A stretch of DNA of 63,857 bases, filler included, from Candidatus Rokuibacteriota bacterium (lineage in GTDB: Bacteria > JAUVQV01 > DATDCY01), in NCBI GenBank assembly GCA_031406795.1. It is 5 parts of 5 records of this genome, joined end to end, with 100 filler letters (N's around TTAATTAATTAA, not from the genome) between each part and the next. Parts side by side here need not be neighbours in the genome. Positions count along the whole stretch, not along the records: positions 27,788 to 49,164 come from JANOHV010000223.1; 4 more parts are not named here. One strand, 5' to 3'. Positions 29,189 to 39,002 of the stretch are shown in pieces. Numbering within the stretch: position 1 is the stretch's first letter; the number at the start of each line of letters is the position of its first letter. The notes beneath the pieces are model-generated. The model did no database searches, was not told the DNA's origin, and saw only the letters and a program-made list of their open reading frames with translations. Made by a program: the position numbers and the translations under genes.

Positions 29189-29704
29189 ATGACGAAGCCG
29201 AACGGGCGCGGCACGCGGAGCTGCCCCGAGTGCGGGGTGGCGTCCCGGGCCGGGTCCAAGTACTGCGAGTTCTGCGGCAGCAAGCTTCCCGCCGCCGTCG
29301 AGCCCCGCGCAAGCGAAACGCGCCAGGCGCAGTCGCGGCCCCGGACTGCGAAAAGAATATTCAAAGGGATAGCCGTAGCGTGTCTTGCCATCGGCGTTCT
29401 CGTGTTCGTCGGTCGGCGTCCCGGGGAGCGGGAGCCGCAGCCGTCCGCCCCTCCGAGCGCACCCGATGCCAAGCGTCAGGCCTCGGCGGCCTGCGAGGCC
29501 GCTCTGCGGCAGCAAGCGCGGGGGCCGTTCAGAGTCATCTCGTTCCGCTCAACCCTTGTCGCCGAGGAGCGGGGAGGGTATGTGGTTTCGGGCTCCGTCG
29601 AACTGCAGTCTGTCGCTGGCGAGGTGCAACTGCGGCCGTACTACTGCCGGTTTCACGGCGACATTCAGGCCGGGATGGTCCTCGACGAGGGCAAAATCCA
29701 CTGA
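29189..29704 (+). CDS. Zinc-ribbon domain membrane protein
   Basis: CPECG...YCEFCGSKL, then a TM helix and a periplasmic domain. Confidence 0.75.
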   Translation: MTKPNGRGTRSCPECGVASRAGSKYCEFCGSKLPAAVEPRASETRQAQSRPRTAKRIFKGIAVACLAIGVLVFVGRRPGEREPQPSAPPSAPDAKRQASAACEAALRQQARGPFRVISFRSTLVAEERGGYVVSGSVELQSVAGEVQLRPYYCRFHGDIQAGMVLDEGKIH

Positions 29705-29719
29705 CCGCGGCCTGACGGT

Positions 29720-29748
29720 TTGACAACGCCCGGCGCCGGAGGTTCAAT
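29720..29748 (+). promoter_or_regulatory. Sigma70-like promoter, probably leaderless transcript
   Basis: TTGACA-17nt-TTCAAT-6nt-GTG start. Confidence 0.55.
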
Positions 29749-29754
29749 GGCGCC

Positions 29755-31935
29755 GTGATTTCTTCCTCCCGTCGATTTCGTGCCGGTTGCGCACTGCTGC
29801 TTCTCGCTCTTGCAGCCGCCCCCGCGCTCGTTCGCGCGCAGGGCGCGGCGGTCGTGCCGGTCGTCTCCTATCCGCTCGACATGACGCTTGTCGAGCGGGC
29901 CGATCTCCCCGTCGAGGGGTTCGTGTCCGGTGCGGGTGTCGAGGAGATCGACATCGTCGTCAACGACGGACGGCCCGTGATCGTCCCCGTGCGCGACGGC
30001 CTCTTCGCGGAGGAGGTCAGCCTCGATGACGGGCTCAACACGCTGCGGATCGGGAGCGTGGTGCGCACGGTCTGGCTCGCTTCCGCTTCGGCGCAGCCGC
30101 CGGCGGGCTACCGGCCGGTCTATGGTCACTTCGGTCTCAACGACAGCTGTCTGGAGTGCCACAAGACCGCAGGCGCGGGAGTTTTGGTGCTCGCCGGCGA
30201 GCGCGAGGAGATCTGCGGCTGGTGCCACGGCGACCTCACGCGCGGCCGCGGCGGTGTCGCCTGGGCATCCGTGCACGCGCCGGTGGGCGCCGGCAAGTGC
30301 CTCACCTGTCACTCCCCCCATCTCTCGGTGAAAAAGGGGCTTCCCGCGGAGAACGCGCCGACGTGCGTCGGCTGCCACGCCGCCGTTACCGACCGGCTGA
30401 AGACCGACCGTTTCGTGCACGGCCCGATGAACCTCGGGGATTGCCGCCTCTGCCACGCGGTTCACTCCTCCGCGGAGCCGAAACTGCTCGTCCGGCCGGC
30501 GACCGCCCTGTGCACCGACTGCCACAGCGACGCGCTCCCCCCCGCGGGGACTCCCGCCGCCCTGAAGCCACACCCGATGATCCCCGAAGGTCAGTGCGGC
30601 CGCTGCCACGAGCCGCACTCCTCGGCGAACCCGCGCATGCTCCGCCAGCCCGCGGGGCGGCTCTGCCAGGGGTGCCACGAGGGGAAGACCCGCAGCTTTC
30701 ACGAAGCCAAGGGCTTCTCGATCTACATCTGCGCCAAGTGCCACGACCTGCACCGCCCGACGCAGCCACACCTGATCATGGAGGCCAGCCGCTCGCTCTG
30801 CACCGAGTGTCACGACTTTCGCGGGGAGGCCGTGTTCACGCACTCCTTCGTCGCCGAGGGCAAGTGCTTCCTCTGCCACAGTTTCCACGAGGCGCCGCTC
30901 TCGAGCGACGTCGCGTCGCTCTGCCTCGGCTGCCACCGCGACAACCCGCGTCTCCAGGAAGCGCACCGCGGGGTCTCCATCGAAAAGTCGCGCTGCACGA
31001 GCTGCCACCTGCCGCACCAAGCCCGCCGCGGCAAGCTGCTGCGCGCCGAGGAGCACACGCCGTTCAAGGCGCGCACCTGCGAGGTGTGCCACCGGGACCG
31101 CGCGGCGAAGATCGGGCCGATCCTGGCTCCCCTGTGCCTCGATTGCCACCGCGACAGGCAGGCTCCCGCAGCGTCCGCGGCGGTGACGGTCCACCCGCCC
31201 TTTCGCGACAGCGATTGCAGCAGCTGCCACCGGAGCCACAATGCGGAGGCGCCCAACCTGCTGCGGGAGTCCGAGGGTGCGCTCTGTCTCGGCTGCCATC
31301 GCAAGATGCGCAAGACGATGCTGATCGCGCCGGTTTCGGCGCACTCGGCGGTTCGCGACGGGCGTTGCGGCGTTTGCCACGATCCCCACTACTCGGCGGA
31401 CCCGGCACTGCTGCGCCAGCCGCAGAGCAACCTGTGCCCCTCCTGTCACGCGACGCTCGTAAAAGCCCCCGGCGGCGGTCCGTGGGCCGTCGGGCACAAA
31501 CCGGTGGACGAGAACAAGTGCCGCCTCTGTCACCGCAGCCACACCGCGCCCAACCGACGGCTGCTCAAGTCACCGCAGGCGCAGTCCTGCCGCCCCTGCC
31601 ACGCGGGATTCTTCGCCGCGATCGAAGCTGACGACATGCGTTCGCTCCACAAGCCGGTCAAGGAGGGAGCGTGCGGCGCGTGCCACACACTGCACGGGGG
31701 GACGCTCGCCAAGCTCCTCAAGGACGGTGTGCGCGGGCCGGTCTGCGGCGGCTGTCACCCGAACCCGCCCGGAGCGCATCACCAGTTCTCCGCCGATCAA
31801 CTCAAGGTCGCGGGGGATCCTTCGCAGATTGAGGCCAGCGGCTGTCTGCTCTGTCACCTGCCGCACGCTTCGGCGCAGCGCACCCTGCTGCTGGCGACCG
31901 CGTCAGCGGTCTGTAAGGGCTGCCACAACTCCTGA
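29755..31935 (+). CDS. Multiheme cytochrome c (25 CxxCH)
   Basis: Signal peptide, Ig-like N-terminal region, 25 CxxCH counted in paired H.P...C..CH.PH / LC..CH repeats. Confidence 0.93.
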   Translation: MISSSRRFRAGCALLLLALAAAPALVRAQGAAVVPVVSYPLDMTLVERADLPVEGFVSGAGVEEIDIVVNDGRPVIVPVRDGLFAEEVSLDDGLNTLRIGSVVRTVWLASASAQPPAGYRPVYGHFGLNDSCLECHKTAGAGVLVLAGEREEICGWCHGDLTRGRGGVAWASVHAPVGAGKCLTCHSPHLSVKKGLPAENAPTCVGCHAAVTDRLKTDRFVHGPMNLGDCRLCHAVHSSAEPKLLVRPATALCTDCHSDALPPAGTPAALKPHPMIPEGQCGRCHEPHSSANPRMLRQPAGRLCQGCHEGKTRSFHEAKGFSIYICAKCHDLHRPTQPHLIMEASRSLCTECHDFRGEAVFTHSFVAEGKCFLCHSFHEAPLSSDVASLCLGCHRDNPRLQEAHRGVSIEKSRCTSCHLPHQARRGKLLRAEEHTPFKARTCEVCHRDRAAKIGPILAPLCLDCHRDRQAPAASAAVTVHPPFRDSDCSSCHRSHNAEAPNLLRESEGALCLGCHRKMRKTMLIAPVSAHSAVRDGRCGVCHDPHYSADPALLRQPQSNLCPSCHATLVKAPGGGPWAVGHKPVDENKCRLCHRSHTAPNRRLLKSPQAQSCRPCHAGFFAAIEADDMRSLHKPVKEGACGACHTLHGGTLAKLLKDGVRGPVCGGCHPNPPGAHHQFSADQLKVAGDPSQIEASGCLLCHLPHASAQRTLLLATASAVCKGCHNS

Positions 31936-31938
31936 CCC

Positions 31939-32113
31939 CCGGGAGGAGGACAACGCCGCAGGTGGGCCGTTTTCAGCGGACTGAGGACGGGCCGGCTGCT
32001 CAAAAGGGTCCAGATGCCAGGCGGACGACGATCCGGCGACTGAGGCGTACGAGTGGTACGCCGCAGGGAGCCGGGAGGAGGACAACGCCGCAGGTGGGCC
32101 GTTTTCAGCGGCC
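31939..32113 (+). repeat. Structured MITE-like repeat: partial copy (31939-31979) plus full copy (31994-32113)
   Basis: 41-bp direct repeat CCGGGAGGAGGACAACGCCGCAGGTGGGCCGTTTTCAGCGG at 31939 and 32071; imperfect terminal inverted repeats. Confidence 0.82.
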
Positions 32114-34135
32114 GGACGGTAGATAGGACTGGGTGATGTGGCAGCCGCCGAGGCACTTGCCGCCGGCGCCGATCTTCTTGAATTCGATCTGGAGGCAGGG
32201 GACCCCGTTGCAGTCGAGCACGCGGCGGATCAGCCGCGGCGACTCGGTTGCGTGCGGGACGTGGCAGTTGCGACAGGTGACGCCGGGTTGTACGCGCGTC
32301 CCGAGTTCCGAGCGCGACACCCGGTCGCGCAGATGCAATGCGTGCAGATTCCTCGCTCCGTCGGCGAACCCGGTGTCGCTCCCGCGGTCCGGGTCGGTGA
32401 GCGCACTCTCGTCGTGGCACTCCAGGCACAGCCCGTAGCGTTCGGCGGCGAAGCGGACGTACTGTTCGATCGGATAGGGACGGACGAGCAGGTGCTCGTT
32501 CGCCGCCCCGTGCGCCGGGTGGCAGGCGCCGCAGTCGCCCTCGCGCACCGGATCGTGCACGGTCTGCTGCGCGAAGCGCGATTGCGGGTGGCAGGTGAAG
32601 CAGAGCGCCGGGCGCACGGCGCGCAGCAGCGCCTGCTCCCGCGCCGCGTGGGCCCGGTGACAGCCGAGGCAGCCTTTGGCGGCGAGTACCCCGTGCGGTT
32701 GCTTCTCCCGGCCGATCTCGTCGTGGCAGCCCCGGCAGACCTCGACGATGTTCCCGGCAACCCGCCAGCCCCCGGCCGGCGCGCCGTGGCAGGAACCGCA
32801 GTCGCCCTCCGCATACGGCGGATGGCGCTGCTCGTAGACGAAGCCCGCGGTGTCGCCGCCGTGGGGGTCATGGCATTCCGTGCAGCGACTGCCCTCGAGG
32901 GCGTAGCCCCCGTGCGCCGCGAGCGAGGCTTCCGACCCGGTGTTGTGGCAGCGGGCGCAGATGCGATCTTCGCGGCCGAGGAGGAGCAGCCGGTTCTCCG
33001 GACCGTGGTCGAGATGGCAGAAGCTGCAGGCCCCGGCGCGGACGGGGGCGTGGAGGCGGGCCTTGGCGAAGCGCTTCACCGCCTTGGCGTGGCAGGTGAC
33101 GCAGCTCTTGTTGATGCTGCGCTCGAGCGCGCTCTGCTCGGGCAGGGCGGCCGTCGCCCGCGGCGGGGCGACCGAAGGCGACACTGCCGGGGGGGCGGCC
33201 GGATCGAGGGCGCCGGTGAACGCATAGCGCTGCGGTGCGTGGCAGCCCGACAGACACTGCCCGCCGCTGTCCGTGCGCCGGAAATCCAGCTTCAGGCAGG
33301 GGACCCCGCCGCAGTCGAGTTCGCGCCGCACCAGACGCGGTCCCTCGGAGGAGTGCACCTCGTGGCAGCTGCGGCAGGAGAGGCTCTGCTGCGGTTGGCC
33401 GCCGCCGGCCGGGCCGGAGGTGTCGACGTGGAGCGCGTGCAGGTTGTTCTCGCCGGAGCGAAACAGAGTGCCCTCGGCTCCCGCGGTAAAGAAATTCCGG
33501 CGGTCATGACAGCCGAGGCAGAGCGCGACATCGCTCTCGCGGGCGACCCAGCGGCCGGGAGTGTACCGCGCTTTGAGCAGCGAGGGCCGGCGCGAGGCAT
33601 GCGGGTCGTGGCAGGCCAGGCACTCGCCCCGCTTGACCGGGGCATGAGCGATCCGGCGGGTAAACTCCTCGCCGGCATGGCAGCCCAGACACAATTCGCG
33701 GGCCGGCTTGAGCAGCTTGCCGTCGAAGCGGTGGCAGGGGTCGCAGCGGCCGAAGGCGAGCGGCCGGTGGCGCCGCGGCAGCAGCAGGTGTTCCTCGCTC
33801 GAGCGGTGCGGGTCGTGACAGGAGATGCAGAGGACCTTCGGGCCGCGAACACCGTGGTGGGCTTTCAGGAATGCCGGGTCAGCGCTCGCATGGCACTCTT
33901 CGCAGAGCGCGTTGCCCGCCGCGGCGAGGACGAGGCGCCCCTCGTCGCCGTGCTCGACGTGACAGGCGGTGCAATCGTCCTCGTCGAACGGCGGGTGTAC
34001 GCTGCGGGAGCCGGCGCCAATGTCCCCTTTTTCGTGGCACTCGCTGCACGGCTCGGCGGCGAGCGGGGCCGGCGCGCCAAGCGACCCGCCGAGAAGCAGC
34101 GCGAGGAGCGCAACGGCGGCCCGCCGTGCGCTCAC
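32105..34135 (-). CDS. Multiheme cytochrome c (20 CxxCH + 2 CxxxCH), internally duplicated
   Basis: Signal peptide; two modules each ending LHALH..CRxCH..PRL.RR.LDCxGVPCL..GGxCLxGCH. Confidence 0.93.
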   Translation of the reverse strand: MSARRAAVALLALLLGGSLGAPAPLAAEPCSECHEKGDIGAGSRSVHPPFDEDDCTACHVEHGDEGRLVLAAAGNALCEECHASADPAFLKAHHGVRGPKVLCISCHDPHRSSEEHLLLPRRHRPLAFGRCDPCHRFDGKLLKPARELCLGCHAGEEFTRRIAHAPVKRGECLACHDPHASRRPSLLKARYTPGRWVARESDVALCLGCHDRRNFFTAGAEGTLFRSGENNLHALHVDTSGPAGGGQPQQSLSCRSCHEVHSSEGPRLVRRELDCGGVPCLKLDFRRTDSGGQCLSGCHAPQRYAFTGALDPAAPPAVSPSVAPPRATAALPEQSALERSINKSCVTCHAKAVKRFAKARLHAPVRAGACSFCHLDHGPENRLLLLGREDRICARCHNTGSEASLAAHGGYALEGSRCTECHDPHGGDTAGFVYEQRHPPYAEGDCGSCHGAPAGGWRVAGNIVEVCRGCHDEIGREKQPHGVLAAKGCLGCHRAHAAREQALLRAVRPALCFTCHPQSRFAQQTVHDPVREGDCGACHPAHGAANEHLLVRPYPIEQYVRFAAERYGLCLECHDESALTDPDRGSDTGFADGARNLHALHLRDRVSRSELGTRVQPGVTCRNCHVPHATESPRLIRRVLDCNGVPCLQIEFKKIGAGGKCLGGCHITQSYLPSGR

Positions 34136-34326
34136 GAGGCTTTCGCGCCGCCGGCCGCGCTCACGCTCGCCCGCCGAACAGGAAGGGGTTGCGGCTGGCC
34201 CCGGTGTCGAGGGCGGTGAGGCGCAGGACCAGGTCGCAGATCTTCCCGGCGGCGGCGATTGTCCCGTTCATGGCGGCGCATTATGCCACAGTGGGGGCGC
34301 GAAGCGGACAGGCGCGATGCCGACGG

Positions 34327-34356
34327 TTGACAGCGCCGCGGGGGCGACCCTACAAT
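34327..34356 (+). promoter_or_regulatory. Sigma70-like promoter of greA
   Basis: TTGACA-18nt-TACAAT, 10 nt before ATG. Confidence 0.6.
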
Positions 34357-34366
34357 CCAGACCAAC

Positions 34367-34843
34367 ATGGCTGACTTGCCGATCATCAAGAAACTCGAGG
34401 CCGAGGTCGAGGCGCTCGACCGCGAGTTCCGCATCACGCTGCCGCGCCTGATCCGCGAGGCCGCGGCCCAGGGCGATTTGTCGGACAACGCCGAGTACCG
34501 CGCGGCCAAGCAGCGCCAGGAGTTCGTCAACGCCCGCATCACGCAGCTCAAGCAGCGCCTCTCCGGGCTGGCCATGATCAACCTGGCGAGCATCCCGAAG
34601 GACCGGGCGGGTTTCGGGAGCCGGGTGACGCTCGAGGACGCCGACACGGGCGAGGAGAAGTGCTTCCGTCTGGTGCTCCCCGAGGAGGTCGACGCGCCGG
34701 CGGGGCTGATTTCCGCGGGTTCGCCGGTCGGCCAGGCGCTTGTCGGCAAGCAGGAGAACGACGAGGTCGTCATCCGCACGCCCGCCGTGACCCGCACCTA
34801 CCTGGTCATCAAGCTCCGTACGATTCACGACCCGGACGAGTAG
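34367..34843 (+). CDS. greA: Transcription elongation factor GreA/GreB
   Basis: GDLSDNAEY.AAK, IS..SPVGQAL.GK. Confidence 0.9.
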   Translation: MADLPIIKKLEAEVEALDREFRITLPRLIREAAAQGDLSDNAEYRAAKQRQEFVNARITQLKQRLSGLAMINLASIPKDRAGFGSRVTLEDADTGEEKCFRLVLPEEVDAPAGLISAGSPVGQALVGKQENDEVVIRTPAVTRTYLVIKLRTIHDPDE

Positions 34844-34890
34844 CAGCGCCGGTCGCATCCGGGAAAATCAACGTGGTGTAGGGGCGAGGT

Positions 34891-36192
34891 TCATCCAGGC
34901 CCGGCAACCTGCGAAAACAGCGGGGAGGCGACCAGGAAGAGGCTGAGGAGAATCAGCAGCACGACGACCGTGATCCCCGCGATGTTCGCCCAACGGCCGT
35001 TGGCGTACTCGCCCATCAGCTCGCGGTCGTTCACCAGCACGAGCATGAAGATCAGGATGAAGGGCAAGACCAGGCCGTTCAGCACCTGGGAGAGGAACAT
35101 GATCTTGATCAGCGGCATCCCCGGCAGCATGATCGCCGCCGCTGCCAGCACGATGATCAGCGAGTAGAGCCCGTAGAACTGGGGCGCTTCGGCGAACTTG
35201 CGGTCCACGCCGACCTCCCAGCCCATCCCCTCGCAGACGGTGTAGGCCGTCGACAGCGGCAGGATGGAGGCGGCAAAGAGGCTGGCGTTGAGCAGGCCGA
35301 AGGCGAACAGATAGGCATTGTACTTCCCCGCTATCGGCGCCAGCGCCAGCGCGGCGTCTTTGGCGGTCTCGATCCGGATGCCGCTGCGGAAGAGCGTCTC
35401 GGCGCAGGTCACCATGATGAAGAAGGCGACGACCGTGACCATGATCGAGCCGAGGATCACGTCCCAGCGGGAGTAGCGGTACTCCTCGATCCGCACGCCC
35501 TTCTCGACGATCGAGGCCTGCTGATAAAACTGCATCCACGGCGCGATCGTGGTGCCGACCAGTGCGGTGAGCATCACGAGATACTCCGTCGAGAGCGTAC
35601 CCTGCGGGCGCGCCACCTCCCGCAGCAGGCTCGGCCAGTTCGGCGCGACCTTCACGCCGGCCACTATGTAAGCCAGGTAGAAGACGCAGGCGCTCAGAAA
35701 GATCTTCTCGACCGTGCTGTAGGTGCCCTTGACGACGAGCCACCAGACGAAGAAGGCCGCGATGGGGACCGCCGCGTAGCGACTGACGCCGAAGATCTCC
35801 ATCGCCGAGGCGACCCCGGCGAATTCCGCCACCGCGTTGCCGAAGTTGGTCACGATCAGGCAGAGCATCAGGTAGAAGGTGATCCGCACGCCGAAACGCT
35901 CGCGGATCAGGTCGGCGAGGCCCTGGCCGGTCACTACGCCGAGGCGCGAGGTCATCTCCTGCACGAGCACGAGGGCGAAGGCGATCGGCACGAGGGCCCA
36001 GAGCAGCGTCTGCCCGAAGTGGGCACCGGCGAGCGAGTAGGTCGTGATGCCGCCGGCGTCGTTGTCGACGTTCGCGGTGATGATTCCCGGGCCGACGACC
36101 GAGAGGAAGATCAGCAGTCCCCGCCAGCGCGCCTGCAGCCAGGAGCGGGCGGCCGCGGGCGGCCGTGGCAGCGTGGGGCGCGCGGCGCTCAC
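34891..36192 (-). CDS. NRAMP family divalent metal transporter
   Basis: GPGIITANVDNDAGGI, GTTIAPWMQFY, SQVLNG. Confidence 0.92.
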   Translation of the reverse strand: MSAARPTLPRPPAAARSWLQARWRGLLIFLSVVGPGIITANVDNDAGGITTYSLAGAHFGQTLLWALVPIAFALVLVQEMTSRLGVVTGQGLADLIRERFGVRITFYLMLCLIVTNFGNAVAEFAGVASAMEIFGVSRYAAVPIAAFFVWWLVVKGTYSTVEKIFLSACVFYLAYIVAGVKVAPNWPSLLREVARPQGTLSTEYLVMLTALVGTTIAPWMQFYQQASIVEKGVRIEEYRYSRWDVILGSIMVTVVAFFIMVTCAETLFRSGIRIETAKDAALALAPIAGKYNAYLFAFGLLNASLFAASILPLSTAYTVCEGMGWEVGVDRKFAEAPQFYGLYSLIIVLAAAAIMLPGMPLIKIMFLSQVLNGLVLPFILIFMLVLVNDRELMGEYANGRWANIAGITVVVLLILLSLFLVASPLFSQVAGPG

Positions 36193-37445
36193 CGGTTGAG
36201 CTCCGGGGCCACGTCCTCGAGGACGTCGTCGATGGTAATGAGGCCCTTCATGACGCCGTGGTCGTCCACGACGGGGAGGGCGCGAAACCGGTACTTCGCG
36301 AAGAGTTCGGCGGCGGCGCTCTTGTCCTCGCCGGTCGTCACGGAGATCACGCGGGTGCTCATCAGGTCGGCGAGGCGGCGCTCCGGGCTGGCGACGATCA
36401 GGCTGCGCAGCGTGACGACGCCGACCAGATGCTCGAAGTCGTCGAGCACGTAGAGGTAGTAGATGTTTTCGGCCTCGCGCGCCTCCTGCCGCAGCACGGC
36501 GATCGTCTGGTCGACCGTATAGCCGGTCTTGAGGGCGATGAAGTCGGTGGTCATGATGCCGCCCGCGGTGTCCTCCTCGTGGGTCAGCAGTTCGCGCACT
36601 TCCTCGGAGCGCTCGCTCTCCATGCCGTCGAGGATGTTTTCGGCCTTCTCATCTTCGAGTTCGCTCAGCAGGTCGGCGGCGTCATCGGTGGCCATCTCCT
36701 CGACCACGCGGGTGGCGTGCTCCTCGCCCATGCCCTCGATCAGATCGACCTGGGTCTCGGTGTCCATCTGCTCGAGCGCGTCGGCCGCGACCTCGGGCGT
36801 CAGCGAGCCGAAGAGCGCCTGGCGCTTGTGCATGTCGAGATCCTCGAGGACTTCGGCCAACTCCGCGGGATGCAGCTGGGCGAGCGGCTGGTGGCTGGCC
36901 GAGAGCCGCAGGACCTGGCGCTGGCCGGCCCGGCCGAAATGCCCGACGGGCTGCACGAATTTCCAGGCGATGAGGTGGTCGCGGAGTTCGTAGTCGAACA
37001 GACCGCGCGTCAGGGCGTTCACGGCTGGAAGCCAGCCGAGCCGGCGGAAAAGGCCGCTGGCGCCGACGTCGACGTGGATCAGCCGCAGCCCGTCCTCCAT
37101 GCGCAGCAGGTGCAGGTCGTTGACCCGCACCACGCGGGCGCCGGAAGTGTCGATGATCTGGCGGTCGAGGACGTGCCGGCGCGCGTAGAGCGAGCCTTCG
37201 GGCGGCGTGGTGGCCCCGGGCACCTCGGGCGTTCCCCGCGCGAGGATCTCGCCCGGCTCCACCGAGGCGATCTGCGACCAGGGCAGGTAGAAGGCCGGGC
37301 TGCGGCCGGCGCGCACCATGAAGCCGACGACGGCCGGATAGACCTCCTCGGCATTGGCGACCAGATCGACCGGGTGCCCGAGCAGGCGGCCGTCGTCGAG
37401 CCCTCGCACCCGCTTCGCGAACAACTCGGTGAGAAAAACGAACAT
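36189..37445 (-). CDS. MgtE intracellular N-domain / CBS protein with PRC-barrels
   Basis: LDRQIID..GARVVRVND, LHPAELAEVLE, TAGGIMT, LPVVD..GLITIDD; no MgtE TM domain. Confidence 0.88.
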   Translation of the reverse strand: MFVFLTELFAKRVRGLDDGRLLGHPVDLVANAEEVYPAVVGFMVRAGRSPAFYLPWSQIASVEPGEILARGTPEVPGATTPPEGSLYARRHVLDRQIIDTSGARVVRVNDLHLLRMEDGLRLIHVDVGASGLFRRLGWLPAVNALTRGLFDYELRDHLIAWKFVQPVGHFGRAGQRQVLRLSASHQPLAQLHPAELAEVLEDLDMHKRQALFGSLTPEVAADALEQMDTETQVDLIEGMGEEHATRVVEEMATDDAADLLSELEDEKAENILDGMESERSEEVRELLTHEEDTAGGIMTTDFIALKTGYTVDQTIAVLRQEAREAENIYYLYVLDDFEHLVGVVTLRSLIVASPERRLADLMSTRVISVTTGEDKSAAAELFAKYRFRALPVVDDHGVMKGLITIDDVLEDVAPELNR

Positions 37446-37497
37446 TGCGGCCCCTCCGCCCCCGCCCGAATCGCAGTTGGACCCTTCTCAGCGGCCG

Positions 37498-38406
37498 CTA
37501 TGGCGGGCACTGGGCGCAGATCGATGTGAAGAGATTGGTCGAGAGGTAACGGTCGCCGCGGTCGCAGATGATCACCACGACCGTTCCCGCGTCGAGGTCG
37601 CGCGCAACCTCGAGCGCCGCGACGACGGCGGCGCCGCTGGACATGCCGACGAACAGGCCTTCGTGTTGCGCCAGGCGGCGGGTCATCTCGAATGCGTCCT
37701 CGTCCTTAACCGTGATCTTGCCGTCGAGCTTCGCCGGTTCGTAGATCGCCGGCACGATCGACTCCTGCATGTTCTTGAGCCCCTGGATCTTGTGCCCGAC
37801 CGTCGGTTCGACGGCGAAGACCCGCACGGCCGGCCGGTGTTCTTTCAGGCGCCGACCAACCCCCATGACCGTGCCGGTGGTGCCGAGGCCCGCGACGAAG
37901 GCATCGACGGCGCCGCCGGTCTGTTCCCAGATCTCCCGGCCGGTGTGGCGGTAATGGGCGAGCGCGTTCGCCGGGTTCTTGAACTGGTCCGGCAGGAAGT
38001 AGGCGTCGGGGTCGGCCTCGTAGATGCGCTCGGCCATGCGGATCGCCCCGTCGGTCCCGAGGCAGCCCTCGGTGAGGACGAGCTCGGCGCCGAACGCCTC
38101 CAGGGTGCGCCTGCGCTCGAGGCTTACGCACTCGGGCATTGCCAGCTTGACCGGGTATCCGAGCGCTGCGCCGACCATCGCGAGCCCGATCCCGGTGTTG
38201 CCCGAGGTCGCCTCGAGGATCGTCTTGCCCGGCCGCAGCTTTCCGCGCTCGAGCCCGTCGCGAACCATCTCCAGGGCGATGCGGTCCTTCACCGAGCCGC
38301 CGGGGTTCGAGCCCTCGAGCTTGGCCAGTATGCGGACCCGGGGGTTGGGGTTGACCCTGCCGAGTTCCACCAGCGGCGTGTTGCCGATCGCGTCCAGTAT
38401 GCTCAT
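37498..38406 (-). CDS. cysM: PLP-dependent cysteine synthase family protein (CysM-like)
   Basis: IGNTPLV, KLEG.NPGGSVKDR, EATSGNTG, GLGTTGT, DRGDRYLS. Confidence 0.88.
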   Translation of the reverse strand: MSILDAIGNTPLVELGRVNPNPRVRILAKLEGSNPGGSVKDRIALEMVRDGLERGKLRPGKTILEATSGNTGIGLAMVGAALGYPVKLAMPECVSLERRRTLEAFGAELVLTEGCLGTDGAIRMAERIYEADPDAYFLPDQFKNPANALAHYRHTGREIWEQTGGAVDAFVAGLGTTGTVMGVGRRLKEHRPAVRVFAVEPTVGHKIQGLKNMQESIVPAIYEPAKLDGKITVKDEDAFEMTRRLAQHEGLFVGMSSGAAVVAALEVARDLDAGTVVVIICDRGDRYLSTNLFTSICAQCPP

Positions 38407-38636
38407 GCTGCCTCCGGGGGCCACGCGCGGGGGAGCAACCGTCCCGCGTCACCCGTGCTGTTATAGGCAAAGACGGCGGCCGTGTCAAAGACGGCTGCGG
38501 GAGCGGGGCGCAGCCGGCCTTCTTGCCAAGCGGGCGCCCCGGAACCTATACTGACGGCAAGGCCGGTCATTGGTCGGGCGCTTCGACTCCCGCGGGGGGC
38601 TGGCGTTCGGAGTCCAGGGAGCAGGGAGGAGTGAGC

Positions 38637-39002
38637 ATGGCGCTCGGGAAGGTTCGCAATCAGCGTGGTGCCGGGACGATCGGCTGCCTGCTCATGGTCG
38701 CGATCGTCGCCTTCGTCGTGTACGCGGGGTATCAGTTTGGTCTGCCGAGACTGCGGCACAGTTCCTTCGACGCACGGATCACCGAATCCATGACCAGTCT
38801 GCGACAGCGGCCGGCAGCGGATGTCCGGCAGGAGATCATCCAGATCGGCAGGGATTTCGACATCGAACTCAAGCCCGAGCAGGTCCAGGTCACCAACAAC
38901 GGCGGCAGGCTGCAAATCGACGTCAGCTACGAGAAGCTCATCGACCTCAAATTCTGGCAGACGACGGTGCCCTTCCATCTGAGCCGGAATCCGGCGCCGT
39001 AA
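38637..39002 (+). CDS. DUF4845-like pilin-type membrane protein
   Basis: RBS GGGAGG; RNQRG followed by a hydrophobic helix. Confidence 0.6.
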   Translation: MALGKVRNQRGAGTIGCLLMVAIVAFVVYAGYQFGLPRLRHSSFDARITESMTSLRQRPAADVRQEIIQIGRDFDIELKPEQVQVTNNGGRLQIDVSYEKLIDLKFWQTTVPFHLSRNPAP

